Source of the DNA: an uncultured Chloroflexia bacterium
GTDB lineage: Bacteria; Chloroflexota; Limnocylindria; Limnocylindrales; CSP1-4
Assembly: GCA_963813535.1 (NCBI GenBank)
Contig: CAWEZH010000003.1
Span: forward strand, 967,810 to 1,031,809
Direction: 5' to 3'
DNA length: 64,000 nucleotides
Shown here: piece after piece, positions 9,154 through 19,556 of the stretch
How positions within the stretch are numbered: the stretch's first letter is position 1
Layout: every line of letters starts with the position of its first letter
Program-made: the position numbers and the translations under genes
The notes under the pieces: generated by a model
The model's database searches: none
Told to the model about the DNA's origin: nothing
Seen by the model: the letters and a program-made list of their open reading frames with translations, nothing else

Positions 9154-10377
9154 ATGGCTGACGAGCAACCGGCAGAGGGCACAAGCCCGGCCACGGCCTC
9201 GACGTCGGCTGCGACCTCGGCCCCGCCGACCACGGCCCCGGTCCAGCTCACGCAGTCGCGGGTCCCGCTCGACGAGACCGCAGAGGCCCTGGCGACGCCG
9301 GATGCCAACGGGAACCTGCCGATCGTCGTCCTCCCGCTGCATTCGCTTCGCATCCGGAACGAGCTCGTCGCGGCCGGCGCCATCGCGCTGGCAGTGAGCC
9401 TGTTCGTCAACATCGACCTGGCGCTTCGGGGCGCCCTCCTCACGCTGGGCGGCGTGCTCATCGTGCTTGGTGTCTTCCAGTCGTTCCGTGTCCCGGTGCC
9501 GGAGTCGTCGCAGGCGATCCTGCTGCGGCGCGGACGGTTCATGAAGACGCTCGGGCCCGGCAACCATTTTGTTCCGCCGTGGATCATCGTCAGCCATTTC
9601 GTGACGATGCGAGAGACGCCGTTCGACGCTCCGGCGACGGAGATCCCGACCCGCGACGACGTCCGCACCAACGTCGACATCCTGATGACCTTCAAGATCA
9701 CGGCACCGGAGCGGTTCGTGTTCACGATCGCGGCGCCCGACTTCGATCAGGTGTGCCAGGCGACTTGCCAGGAGACTGTCCGTTTGCTGATCCGCTCCAA
9801 GGGCTCCGACGAGGTCCTCGACATGGGCGAGGTCGACAACGAGTGGCTGCGCGCCGCCATCAGCGAGGCCTTGGATCGGTACGGCGTCGAGATCGTCCGC
9901 GTGGTCCTGACCCATGTCCAGCCTCCGGCCGAGTTCGTCGCCTCACGGGAAGCTCGTCGACTGGCCTCCGTCCACCGCGCCGAGGAGGTGGAGCAGCACA
10001 CCTTGGAGCTCCTGCGCCAGTCGGATCGTGAGGCGCTGGAGCGGCAAAAGATCGCCGCCCGTCGCGAGGCGATCGAACTCGAAGCGGCAAACGAGGTCGC
10101 TCGCCTCGAGCGGCTCGAGACGCGGATCCGCGAGTACCCGGCCGCGATGCAATGGGACATCGAGTCGCGCCGGCTCGATGTCGCCGCGAACCTCGCCGGC
10201 AACACTCGCGCGATGGTCCAGGTCGGGCCGGCGGCGGACGTCGCGGCGTCGCTGCTGATGCACACGATGCCGGACGACGGTGGTCAGGCCAAACCGGCCG
10301 CCGGGCCGGCGCCAGCGCCGGCCGACGGCGCGAGCCGTTCCGCGCGAGCGTCACGGCCCAAGCGCGAGGCGTCCTAG
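9154..10377 (+). CDS. SPFH/Band 7 domain membrane protein
   Basis: Two TM helices, then RRGRFMKTLGPG...TRDDVRTNVD...YGVEIVRVVL and a coiled coil. Confidence 0.85.
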   Translation: MADEQPAEGTSPATASTSAATSAPPTTAPVQLTQSRVPLDETAEALATPDANGNLPIVVLPLHSLRIRNELVAAGAIALAVSLFVNIDLALRGALLTLGGVLIVLGVFQSFRVPVPESSQAILLRRGRFMKTLGPGNHFVPPWIIVSHFVTMRETPFDAPATEIPTRDDVRTNVDILMTFKITAPERFVFTIAAPDFDQVCQATCQETVRLLIRSKGSDEVLDMGEVDNEWLRAAISEALDRYGVEIVRVVLTHVQPPAEFVASREARRLASVHRAEEVEQHTLELLRQSDREALERQKIAARREAIELEAANEVARLERLETRIREYPAAMQWDIESRRLDVAANLAGNTRAMVQVGPAADVAASLLMHTMPDDGGQAKPAAGPAPAPADGASRSARASRPKREAS

Positions 10378-12492
10378 CGGTCGGGCGGGCTAGACGGCTC
10401 CTCGGAGCCACCCTCGGTCGGCGGCTCCGCCGAAGCGGTCCCGCCCGGTGCCGCGTTCCCCTCGACCTCGGACTCGCCCTCGGGAGGGGCGGCCTCGACC
10501 GACTCGTCGACCATCGACTCGTCACTCGCGGTCGCCGTCGTTCCTTCAGCAGGCTCGACGACCTCGTCATCCGCTTCGGCTCCCGGCTCCGATCCCGTCC
10601 CTTCCGGTGGTGGCTCCGTCACCGGCTCTCGACGTGACCGCACGTACAGCACCGCCGCGACGATGAGCGCGATGATCCCCAGCAGGCCGACGATCGCCCC
10701 GAGCTGGAGACCGTCATCGGCGACGACCTCCGACGTGGTCGCCACCGGCACGGTGATGCCGCTGAGGGGGTTCCCCTTGGTGATCACCGGAACGCCGGTG
10801 CGGTTCTCCCAGCGCTGGTCACCGTCGACGATCCCCGCCGCGACGACGTAGCTCGGCGGCTTGATCGATCTTGGCCGGGTCGAACGCGACCGAGAAGGCG
10901 ATCGGCACACCGGCCGGAGCGACCTCGACGTCGATTCCCATCGTCGTGTCGGTGGCTACGTCGAGCAGGACGGCCGCCGACATCGCCTGCGGGCCGAGCT
11001 CGATATCGGTGCCACTGATCGAGCCGGTGACTGCGCCCTTCAGGAGGTCGGTGCGATACACGAGCTGGATGTCCAGTCCGGAGGACGGAGCACCCTTGGT
11101 GATGACGGGCGTGCCCTGCCCCGTCGCCCAGATGCGCTCCCCATCGATGATGGTCGCCTGGACGGTATAGGTGGTCTGCGGGTCGATCCCCACGGTGCCG
11201 TAGGGAACGGCGAATGCGATGGGTACCTGGCCGGGCGAGACGATGGTCTGGCTCGCCACGATCGAGCCGGCGGTGGGCTTGCCGGCGCCCTCGACGATCG
11301 CGATCAGGGCGATCGCGTCATCGGTGAGGGCGGCCTTCTCGCTGTAGTCCAGCGTGCCGGTCAGGGTCCCGGGCCCGGGCGCAACGGAGGCTAAGGGTGG
11401 CGGTGTCGTGGCCACAGCCGTCTCGCTGGCCGTCGCGGTGGGCGTCGGCGTGGGTGTCGCGGTCGGCGTCGGCGTGGGAGTCGGCGTCGGCGTGGGAGTC
11501 GGCGTCGGTGTCGGCGTCGGCGTGGGAGTCGGCGTCGGTGTCGGCGTGGGTGTCGGCGTCGGTGTCGGCGTGGGTGTCGCGGACGGCGTGGGCGTGGGCG
11601 TGGCCGTCGGAGTCGGACTTGGTTCCGGGGTCGCGGTCGGCGTCGGGCTTGGCTCCACCGTCGCAGATGGTTCGACCGACACCGATGGCTCCACCGAGAC
11701 CGATGGCTCCACCGACACTGATGGCTCGACCGACGGAGTGACGTCCGGGGCCACCGGGATGGTCTCCGGGCGTGCCTCGACGCTGACCTCCAGCGGCGTC
11801 GCCGGCGTGCCACCGACGATCGCGGTGACCGCCGAGGTCGTCCCCCAGACGTTCGCGCCATCGACGATCGCCGCTCGAACAGCGTAGGTGGCGTCGGGAT
11901 CGACAAGATCAGGCTCGTAGCCAAGCTCGAACGGGATGGTCGCGCCCGGCTCGAGGTTCGTTACCGTGTCGACATCGACCAGCGTCCCCGTGTCCTGCTT
12001 GACGAGCGCGGCGATCGCCACGGCGTCCTCCGTCAGCGGTTGCCGGTCTGTTCGCAGGATGTCGCCGCCGATCGTCGCCGGCTCAGCGCCGTCCGGCTCG
12101 ACGGGCACCTCCATGTTCAGCGACGGTCCACCCGTGATCACCGGCACCGGAACCGGCGTGTTCCATTCGGTATCACCGTCGACGATCGAAGCGACGACAG
12201 CGTACGAGTGATCTGGATCGATCCGCGCGTCGTCGTAGAGGACCTCGAACGCGATCGGCAGCGAGCCGGGTGAGTCGATGCGCTGCTCACCGATGATCGC
12301 GCCCGCCTCCGGGGTCGCCGTCTGGTCGACGATCGTGATCACCGCGACGGCATCGTCCGATAGGGGCACGTCGCCTTCCGACGTGATCACCCCGTTGAGG
12401 ACGGTCGTGGCGGCAACGACCCGCCCGGCGGGTACCAGCACGATCAGGGCGAGCGCGATGGCGAGCAGTAGCGAGGCGATCTTGCGGTTCAT
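10374..12492 (-). CDS. secreted membrane-anchored protein with four YbaY/YscW-like domains and a Pro-Thr linker; frameshift near 10853
   Basis: Signal peptide. Four repeats of G.I....L..DA.....(Q.I)..PG..PI.F...YD...ID....Y.V.A.I.DG...W......VIT.G. ORFs 10819-12492 and 10374-10910 join. C-terminal TM helix plus acidic tail. Confidence 0.75.
11432..11735 (-). repeat. coding tandem repeats: (Pro-Thr)n hexamer array plus 18-bp PSVSVE units
   Basis: The plus strand shows long ggcgtc/ggcgtg/ggtgtc/ggagtc arrays, then accgatggctccaccgag-like 18-mers. Confidence 0.9.
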
Positions 12493-12613
12493 TCGTCAGC
12501 ACTCCTTGGAGACGGTCGTGTCAGGCGGCAATGGAACCCCAAGCGCAGTGAGCACGCCCTCTGAGCTCACCTCATCGGTCGCAAGGCGAGTCGACCAGTC
12601 GTTCCTGCAAATT

Positions 12614-12910
12614 TCAGCGTCTGTGGATGTCCGCTCCCGCGTCGAAGACGAAAGCGCGGATGTCCCCGCCGCGCTCGGCTACCTCGCCGAGGGACCATAG
12701 GAAATCGAGGTACTCGGGGTCGACCGGTGGGCTCTCCGATGACACCCGCAGGCCCGTCCTCCTCAAAGCGATCGCGGATCCAAGCAGGCTGGCGACCAAG
12801 TCGTCGACGGCCTGCTCGACCGTCGCTCCGTGGCCATAGCCCCAGCCGCCGAGGGTCACGCGGACCCGGCCCCCCGCGACGCTCGTGCGCAGGAGGCGAG
12901 ACCCAGCCAT
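12614..12910 (-). CDS. hypothetical protein (98 aa)
   Basis: Coding-like ORF directly downstream of the sulfatase. GYGHGATVEQAVDDL segment. Confidence 0.55.
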   Translation of the reverse strand: MAGSRLLRTSVAGGRVRVTLGGWGYGHGATVEQAVDDLVASLLGSAIALRRTGLRVSSESPPVDPEYLDFLWSLGEVAERGGDIRAFVFDAGADIHRR

Positions 12911-12936
12911 CCACCGGCGCCGCGATCATCCGCGGG

Positions 12937-15300
12937 CTACTGCCGGGCCATCGCGAGTCGATATCGCTCGTCCGGCGAGATCATGTGGTCGGCGTCCTTG
13001 GCGTCACCCTCGAGGTCGATCTGGACCCATCGCACACGACCGTTGAAGGTCGTCTTGCCCTCGACCAGGTCGTCCGTGACGGGTGTCGCCGAGTCGGTGC
13101 CGACGTCAGTGGTCTCGTCGGCGGAGAACGCCATCGGCACGGTCGCATCGACTCGACCCTCACCGACCTTCGAAGCATCGACGTACAGGCTGGCGGAGCC
13201 ACCCTTGCCGACGCCGCCGCCGTCATAGGCGAACTCGACGCGTAGCTGGTGTTCGCCGGATGGCACGACCTCGTCGCCGTAGACCTTGAAGCGCTGGATC
13301 CCGAACAGGTTGTAGCAGTAGGCCGGGCGCCCCTCGTGCATGTATAGCGTCCAGCCCCCGAACGCGCCCCCCTGCGCGACCACGCATCCTTGGCCACCGC
13401 GCTCTGGGACGACGACCTCGGCCGTGATGGCATGGGACTTGTTCTTGATGACAATGACCGAGTTCTCGGACAGCCTGCCCATCCCACCGAACAGCACCTG
13501 CGTGTTGCCGCGGATCAGTTGCGGGCGACCGGCCAGATCCGAATTGAATTGCTCGAACCGCCGGTCGTCGAGCGGCAGGACGTTGTATTTCGTCGCCTCG
13601 ATCAGGAACAGGCGTTGGAGCTGCGCGAGCTTCTCGGGCTGCTCGGTCGCGATGTTCCGTGACTGCGTCCAGTCGTCGGGCCCGTACAGCTCCCAGACGT
13701 CATCATCGAGGGCCGGGACCTTCGTGGCAGCCCACGGGATCGAATGCCTCGTAACCGCCGTCCAGCCCTCGTGATAGATGCCCCGGTTGACGAACATCTC
13801 GAAGTACTGGGTGGTGTGCCGATCGTCGGCCTTGACGTCATCGAACGAGTACCCCATCGAGACTCCCTCGATCGGCGCCTGCTGGATGCCGTTGACGAAC
13901 GTGGGCGCCGGCAGTCCCGCAGCCTCGAGGATCGTCGGGGCGACGTCGATGACATGGTGGAACTGGCTCCGGACCTCGCCCTTTGCCTTGATCCCATTCG
14001 GCCAATGGACGACCATCCCATTGCGAGTTCCGCCCCAATGGCTGGCGACCTGCTTCGTCCACTGGTACGGCGTATCCATCGCGTGGGCCCAGCCGACCGC
14101 GAAGTGGTTGTACGCCGTCGGCGTGCCGAATTCGGCGATCTTGGAAACCATGAATTCGGTGGTTTCGACGCCGAAGGCGCCGTTGAGCGTCACCAGCTCG
14201 TTGAAGCAGCCGTTCGGCGTGCCCTCGGCCGAAGCTCCGTTGTCACCGACGATATAGAAGATCAGCGTGTCGTCGAGGATCTCCAGTTCCTTCAGCGAAT
14301 CCACGAGCCGACCGACATGGTGGTCAGTGTGCTCGAGGAAGCCCGCGTAGACTTCCATCTGGCGAGCGAGCACGGGCCTGAGGTCGGCTGGCATGTCCTC
14401 CCAGCCTGGGATCTCCGGCGCTCGTTCTGTCAACTCCGCGTCCGGCGGGATGACGCCTAGCTCCTTCTGACGCGCGATGATCCGCTTGCGCTGTTCGTCC
14501 CAGCCGTCGTCGAACATGCCCTTGTACTTGTCCGACCACTCCGGCCGAACGTGGTGAGGAGCGTGCGTCGCGCCTGGCGCGAAGTAGGCGAAGAACGGCT
14601 TATCGGGCATGAGCGCCTTCTGCTGCCGGATCCAGTCGATCGCCCGATCCGTCATGTCTTCGGTGAAGTGATACCCCTCCTCGGCGGTCCTGTCGGGTTC
14701 GATCGGGACCGTGTCCTGGTAGATCGCCGGGGCGTATTGATTCGTCTCGCCGCCGATGAAGCCGTAGAAGTGCTCGAAGCCGCTTCCGGTCGGCCAGGCG
14801 TCGAACGGCCCCATGGGGCTCGTCTCCCAGACCGGCACCTCATGGCATTTCCCGAACTGGGCGGTCGAGTAGCCGTTGAGCTTCAGGACCTCCGCGACGG
14901 GCGCCTTGTCCTTCGGCCGAACGGAGTTGTAGCCCGGGGCGGAAGTCGCGATCTCGGTGATACCGCCCATGCCGACCGAGTGATGGTTGCGGCCATTGAG
15001 CAGCGCGGCCCGTGTAGGCGAACACAGAGCAGTGGTGTGGAAGCGCGTGTAACGCAGGCCCTCGCCCGCGAGGCGCTCCAGCGTGGGCGTGTTGCAGGGA
15101 CCGCCGAAGACGCTCGACGATCCGAACCCCGCGTCGTCGATGAGGATGATCAGGACATTCGGGGCCCGGGCAGGCGGACGGATCTGCGCGATCGGCGGGA
15201 ACTTGGTGTCCGGGTCCTTGGCGTCGTAGGTCGTGACACCGACCCATTGCGGATCAGGGATCGGCAGATGTGTTCGATCCCGCGAGTCGTTGTCGCCCAT
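12937..15300 (-). CDS. arylsulfatase (Cys-type, S1 family) with C-terminal LamG-like extension
   Basis: PNVLIILIDDAGF, FHTTALCSPTRAALL, GYSTAQFGKCH, GATHAPH, GDNG. Confidence 0.95.
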   Translation of the reverse strand: MGDNDSRDRTHLPIPDPQWVGVTTYDAKDPDTKFPPIAQIRPPARAPNVLIILIDDAGFGSSSVFGGPCNTPTLERLAGEGLRYTRFHTTALCSPTRAALLNGRNHHSVGMGGITEIATSAPGYNSVRPKDKAPVAEVLKLNGYSTAQFGKCHEVPVWETSPMGPFDAWPTGSGFEHFYGFIGGETNQYAPAIYQDTVPIEPDRTAEEGYHFTEDMTDRAIDWIRQQKALMPDKPFFAYFAPGATHAPHHVRPEWSDKYKGMFDDGWDEQRKRIIARQKELGVIPPDAELTERAPEIPGWEDMPADLRPVLARQMEVYAGFLEHTDHHVGRLVDSLKELEILDDTLIFYIVGDNGASAEGTPNGCFNELVTLNGAFGVETTEFMVSKIAEFGTPTAYNHFAVGWAHAMDTPYQWTKQVASHWGGTRNGMVVHWPNGIKAKGEVRSQFHHVIDVAPTILEAAGLPAPTFVNGIQQAPIEGVSMGYSFDDVKADDRHTTQYFEMFVNRGIYHEGWTAVTRHSIPWAATKVPALDDDVWELYGPDDWTQSRNIATEQPEKLAQLQRLFLIEATKYNVLPLDDRRFEQFNSDLAGRPQLIRGNTQVLFGGMGRLSENSVIVIKNKSHAITAEVVVPERGGQGCVVAQGGAFGGWTLYMHEGRPAYCYNLFGIQRFKVYGDEVVPSGEHQLRVEFAYDGGGVGKGGSASLYVDASKVGEGRVDATVPMAFSADETTDVGTDSATPVTDDLVEGKTTFNGRVRWVQIDLEGDAKDADHMISPDERYRLAMARQ

Positions 15301-15363
15301 GTGCGCCTTCCTCCGATGCCGCAGGGATCGGCCTCAGGGCGACCAGCGGCGGTCTAGGCAGTC

Positions 15364-15389
15364 CGTGAAAAGTCTCACTGTCAATGTGA
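15364..15389. promoter_or_regulatory. CRP/FNR-like box upstream of the arylsulfatase
   Basis: cGTGAaaagtcTCACt (GTGA-N6-TCAC), overlapped by TCAC-N7-GTGA, in an AT-richer patch 65-90 bp before the start. Confidence 0.4.
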
Positions 15390-15496
15390 CTGTCCGGTCG
15401 GCGGCCGCATATGGCGCAGACACGCGTACCCGCGTGGTGCCACCGCGTATGTCGGTCATGCGTCGGCGCGAGCCGCTACCCGATCTCGACGCAGCG

Positions 15497-16381
15497 CTAG
15501 TGAGTGCGCCACCGCGTCACGGCTCGCTGGACGATGAGCGTCGAGCAGCCGGCGACGATCAGGCTTACGAGGTTCACGCCAAGGACGGCTAGCGAGCCCA
15601 GGGCGCGAGGCCAGTCGCCGAGCCCGGCAGCGACGCCGGTCATCGCGGCTGCCGGGATCGTCGTGACCGAGATGGCGACACCCACCGCGGCGCCGGCTCG
15701 ACTCTCGAAGGCGAGCACGCCGGCGACGCCCGCCCCCAGCGCGACGCCGATGGTGCCGACGCCCACATGACTGAATGACGCCATCAGCCCTTGCGAGAGG
15801 TCGATGCCCGGGAGGATCCCCAGTAGGTCGAGGAGTTCGACGACCCCGAAGGCGGCGGCCGTGGCGAGTCCGAGCCCCAGGAGAAGCGTCGCCGTGCCGC
15901 GCCCTACGAGGCTCGATCGCCCGGACACGAGGCCGACACACGCCGCGATGAGCGGGACGAGGTCGGGGCTCACCGCCATGGCGCCAACGATGAGGATCGG
16001 GTTGTCGATGATCACGCCGTAGCCGGCGATGATGCCGGCGACGAACATGAGGCCGAGATATCGACCCACGACCCTGGATTCCATGCGGGCCGAGCTCAGG
16101 ACGTCGGCCCACACCAACACCGATCCGCCGGTGACGGAAGCCCCGGCGGGCTGGATCCAGGTGCGTCGCGCCAGGCCGATGTCGCCGGCCGGGACACCGA
16201 GTGATCCGAGGGCCTCCATCACCTCGTCCGCGACGAGGGCGTCCACTTCAGCCAGGACGTGCGTCGTGCCGTCTGCAGATGCAGGCAACGCGGTCGCACG
16301 GCGCACGCCTTCCATGCCGTCGAGCAGCCCGAGGGCGTCGGCTCGCTTGTCCGCCGCGACGAATGCGTGCAGGTCGAGCAT
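15497..16381 (-). CDS. DUF389 domain membrane protein
   Basis: IIAGYGVIIDNPILIVGAMAVSPD...VGVAISVTTIPAA pattern. Confidence 0.8.
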   Translation of the reverse strand: MLDLHAFVAADKRADALGLLDGMEGVRRATALPASADGTTHVLAEVDALVADEVMEALGSLGVPAGDIGLARRTWIQPAGASVTGGSVLVWADVLSSARMESRVVGRYLGLMFVAGIIAGYGVIIDNPILIVGAMAVSPDLVPLIAACVGLVSGRSSLVGRGTATLLLGLGLATAAAFGVVELLDLLGILPGIDLSQGLMASFSHVGVGTIGVALGAGVAGVLAFESRAGAAVGVAISVTTIPAAAMTGVAAGLGDWPRALGSLAVLGVNLVSLIVAGCSTLIVQRAVTRWRTH

Positions 16382-16429
16382 CAGCCCCGGTCACGCGGGG
16401 AGACGTCGGTCAGCCGGGCACCCGAAGGC

Positions 16430-18751
16430 CTATTCCCGGGCCAGCATCGCGGCCGCTTCCTTCTCGAGGTCCTTGTAGTGGTCGTCGCCGACATTGACCT
16501 CGACCTGGTGGATCGTGCCTCCCGCGAACTTGTTCGGGGACTTGTATTGCGAGCTCACTGCATCGCCTGAGTCGCGGCCGATGCACAGCCCGTCCCCGCA
16601 GAGCGTGAACATCCCCACCTGCGTTCGCATGGGTCCCGTCGCGACGACGTCGTCGTTTACGTAGAGGTTCGCGGTGCCGTGGGTCTCGTGGTATTGGCCC
16701 ATCGACTCCTTGATGAACTCCATGCCAAGCACGTATTCGCCCGGTTCGAGCTTGTCGGAGACGAGTTGCTGCTCCGGCGGGACGCCCAGGAAGTTGTAGA
16801 CGTACCACAGCTTCTGGTCCTTAAGGAACAGCGAGTGCCCTCCGAAGCGCGAGCCATGGGCAAAGATCACGCCGCTCGCCTCGGGTGTATTGATGGTCAC
16901 ATCGGCGAGGATCTTGAATGACCGGCTGCGCGTGTTGACCGCAACCGACTCGGGCACGTCGGCCGTGTCCGGGTAGTAGACGAAGTTGGCGCGTGGCGGC
17001 TCGGGCTGTGGCCGCGGATCGTTGATGATCTCGATCGGGAAGCGGTCGTCGAGCGGCAGGACGTTGTACTTGTCAGCCTCCTCGAACCAGGCGGCGATCA
17101 GCTGCTTGAGCTTTTCCGGCTCCTGCTCGGCGAGGTCTGTCGCCTCGGAGCGGTCGACATCGGTATGGAACAACTGCCACACGTCCTTGTCGAAGTTGCC
17201 GAGGCCCGACGTTGGGCCGTGCACTGTGACGGCCTTCCAGCCCTTCTCCCAGATGCCGCGCGTGCCGAGCATCGCGTAGTACTGGCGCTCCTTGGGCGTA
17301 GGTGCGTCCGCATTGTCGAAGCTGTACGTCATCGAGTCGCCAGGCAACGGCACCTGTTCGTGCCCGTTCAGCGTCTTGGGGAACTCCAGACCTACGGCCT
17401 CGAGGATGGTCGGCACGATGTCGGTCGAGTGGTGGTACTGGTGACGGACCTCGCCACGGGCCTTGAACCCCTTCGGCCAGTGGATGACCATCGGATCGGA
17501 GACGCCGCCTTGGTAGCTGTATCGCTTGAACATCCGATACGGCGTCGAGAAGGCCATGGCCCAGCCGGTCGGATAGTGGTTGTACGTGTTCGGGCTGCCG
17601 AGGTCATCGAGGTGCTTGAGGTTCTCCGACATCTCGTCCGGCCAGCCGTTGAAGAACTTGTTCTCGTTGACCGATCCATTGGGCGTCCCTTCGCCGGAGG
17701 CACCGTTGTCGGCGCAGTAGAAGATCAGAGTGTTGTCGAGCTGGCCGGTCTCCTCCAGGTAATCGATGATCCGGCCGACCTGCGCGTCGGTGTATTCGCT
17801 GAAGCCTGCGTAGACCTCGGCCATCCGGCTGAAGAGCGCCTTCTCATCGGCTGACAGCGAGTCCCAAGGTCGGACGTCGTCGGCTGGAGAGTGGGTCCCC
17901 TCGGGCATCGGGTTCATCGGCGTGAGGTCGGTGCCCTCGGGCAGGATGCCCTTCTCGATCATCCGCGGGAGCACCCACTCGCGGTAGGCCTCGTAGCCGT
18001 CGTCGAACTTGCCCTTGTACTTGTCGATGTACTCCTGCGGGGCATGGTGCGGAGCGTGGTTGGCTCCTGGGCAGAACCATTGGAACCATGGGCGCGACGG
18101 TGCGCTCGCCTTGACATCGCGGATCATCTGGATGGCCTGGTCGGCCAGATCCTTGGAAAGGTGGTACCCCTCTTCCGGCGAATACGGCTCGTCGATGTAG
18201 TGGTTGTCATTCACCAGATCGGGGTACCAGTTGTTCGTCTCGCCGCCCAGGAAGCCGTAGAAGCGGTCCCAGCCCTGGTGCAGCGGCCAGGTCTCCTTGG
18301 TCCCTCCGGTCGCCAGGTCGTCGACGGGCACGTTGTGGTTCTTGCCCAGCCAGAAGGTGCTCCAGCCGGCCTGGCGCATGACCTCGGCCAGCGTCCCGCA
18401 CTCCGGCGGGATGTGGGCACTCGCACCGGGGTACCCGATCGAACCTTCGGTTATGCAGGCCATCCCATTCTGATGGTGGTTCCGCCCGGTCAGGAATGTG
18501 GAGCGTGTCGGCGAGCACAGGGCGGTCGTGTGCCACTGGCTGTACATCAGGCCGTTGTCGGCGAGCTTCTGGAGTGTCGGCATATTGATCCGCCCACCGA
18601 AGGGGGACCAAGCTGCCAGGCCGGTATCGTCGTACAGGATGATCAAGACATTCGGCGCGTCCTTGGGAGCCTTCGGTGGGACGAACGGGTCCCAATCCGG
18701 CGTCGAGTCGCGGACATCCAGCTTGATCGTGCCCTTGAACGGTTTCGCCAT
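16430..18751 (-). CDS. arylsulfatase (Cys-type, S1 family)
   Basis: PNVLIILYDDTG, WHTTALCSPTRSTFLTGRNHH, GANHAPH, ADNG. GGAGGAGG RBS. Confidence 0.95.
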   Translation of the reverse strand: MAKPFKGTIKLDVRDSTPDWDPFVPPKAPKDAPNVLIILYDDTGLAAWSPFGGRINMPTLQKLADNGLMYSQWHTTALCSPTRSTFLTGRNHHQNGMACITEGSIGYPGASAHIPPECGTLAEVMRQAGWSTFWLGKNHNVPVDDLATGGTKETWPLHQGWDRFYGFLGGETNNWYPDLVNDNHYIDEPYSPEEGYHLSKDLADQAIQMIRDVKASAPSRPWFQWFCPGANHAPHHAPQEYIDKYKGKFDDGYEAYREWVLPRMIEKGILPEGTDLTPMNPMPEGTHSPADDVRPWDSLSADEKALFSRMAEVYAGFSEYTDAQVGRIIDYLEETGQLDNTLIFYCADNGASGEGTPNGSVNENKFFNGWPDEMSENLKHLDDLGSPNTYNHYPTGWAMAFSTPYRMFKRYSYQGGVSDPMVIHWPKGFKARGEVRHQYHHSTDIVPTILEAVGLEFPKTLNGHEQVPLPGDSMTYSFDNADAPTPKERQYYAMLGTRGIWEKGWKAVTVHGPTSGLGNFDKDVWQLFHTDVDRSEATDLAEQEPEKLKQLIAAWFEEADKYNVLPLDDRFPIEIINDPRPQPEPPRANFVYYPDTADVPESVAVNTRSRSFKILADVTINTPEASGVIFAHGSRFGGHSLFLKDQKLWYVYNFLGVPPEQQLVSDKLEPGEYVLGMEFIKESMGQYHETHGTANLYVNDDVVATGPMRTQVGMFTLCGDGLCIGRDSGDAVSSQYKSPNKFAGGTIHQVEVNVGDDHYKDLEKEAAAMLARE

Positions 18752-18795
18752 GGGTCAGCCTCCTCCGTCGTGGTGGTGTATTGAGTGATCCCTGG

Positions 18796-19479
18796 TCATG
18801 AACTGAGTACCGCCGCACCGGCCGGGTCGGGTGGTAGCGGCTCCTCCCACCGCAGGAGTCGCGCGAGGACGCGGAACGGGAAGCCCACTGCGAAGGCAAG
18901 CAACGTCGCCGGCCAGATCGTCAGCCCGAGCCCCGCGTCCGCGATGATGTAGACGACGCTGGTGAGGACGGCCGTCCCCACGAACCATTCGCCCCGGACG
19001 AAGTGCTGTGGCGTCACCCCCGACGTGATGTCGATCAGGAAGCGTCCGGCCGTCGGGCCCACGACGCCGATGAGGATGCACGCCAGGTACGGCAGCCCTG
19101 CCTCGAGTGCCTTGTTGGCGCCGACCGCCGCATACCACGGCAGCGAGAACGCCGACATGAAGTCGAATACCCGCGCGCTTCGAGCGGCATCGAGCTGACC
19201 CGAGATCCGAAGCGCCAGGAAACCGGCGACGGCGCACAGGATGAGGTACCAGGCATTGGTCAATGCCGACGGCACGTCATTGAGCAGGACGTCGCGACTC
19301 ACGCCGCCTCCGATGCCGCCGAAGACCGCGATCAGGAGGATGCCGACAACCGTGTACTTGCGGTAGTGCGACGGCTGGCGCGCCAGGAGGGCGCCGTTGA
19401 ACGCGTTGGTCGTGGCGGCGATCAGGTCGATGATGGTGAAGTCGCCGAGACTGAAGTCGGCGAACAACGTCACATCCAT
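18796..19479 (-). CDS. TRIC / UPF0126 family membrane protein
   Basis: Duplicated halves with GIGGGVSRDVLLN and GPTAGRFLIDI. Start at MDVTLFADF. Confidence 0.8.
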   Translation of the reverse strand: MDVTLFADFSLGDFTIIDLIAATTNAFNGALLARQPSHYRKYTVVGILLIAVFGGIGGGVSRDVLLNDVPSALTNAWYLILCAVAGFLALRISGQLDAARSARVFDFMSAFSLPWYAAVGANKALEAGLPYLACILIGVVGPTAGRFLIDITSGVTPQHFVRGEWFVGTAVLTSVVYIIADAGLGLTIWPATLLAFAVGFPFRVLARLLRWEEPLPPDPAGAAVLSS

Positions 19480-19556
19480 GGAACGGGCCCGCCGAGCGCA
19501 ATCTGCGTATGGTGCCCCCTTGGCACAGGACGGTGGACCACGGTCATCACGTCGGT

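Noticed and set aside
11432-11735. Tandem repeat as a possible CRISPR array, or the plus-strand (GV)n ORF 11354-11887
   Set aside because: Hexamer repeats without unique spacers. They encode the PT linker of the minus-strand gene, and the GV ORF is its shadow.
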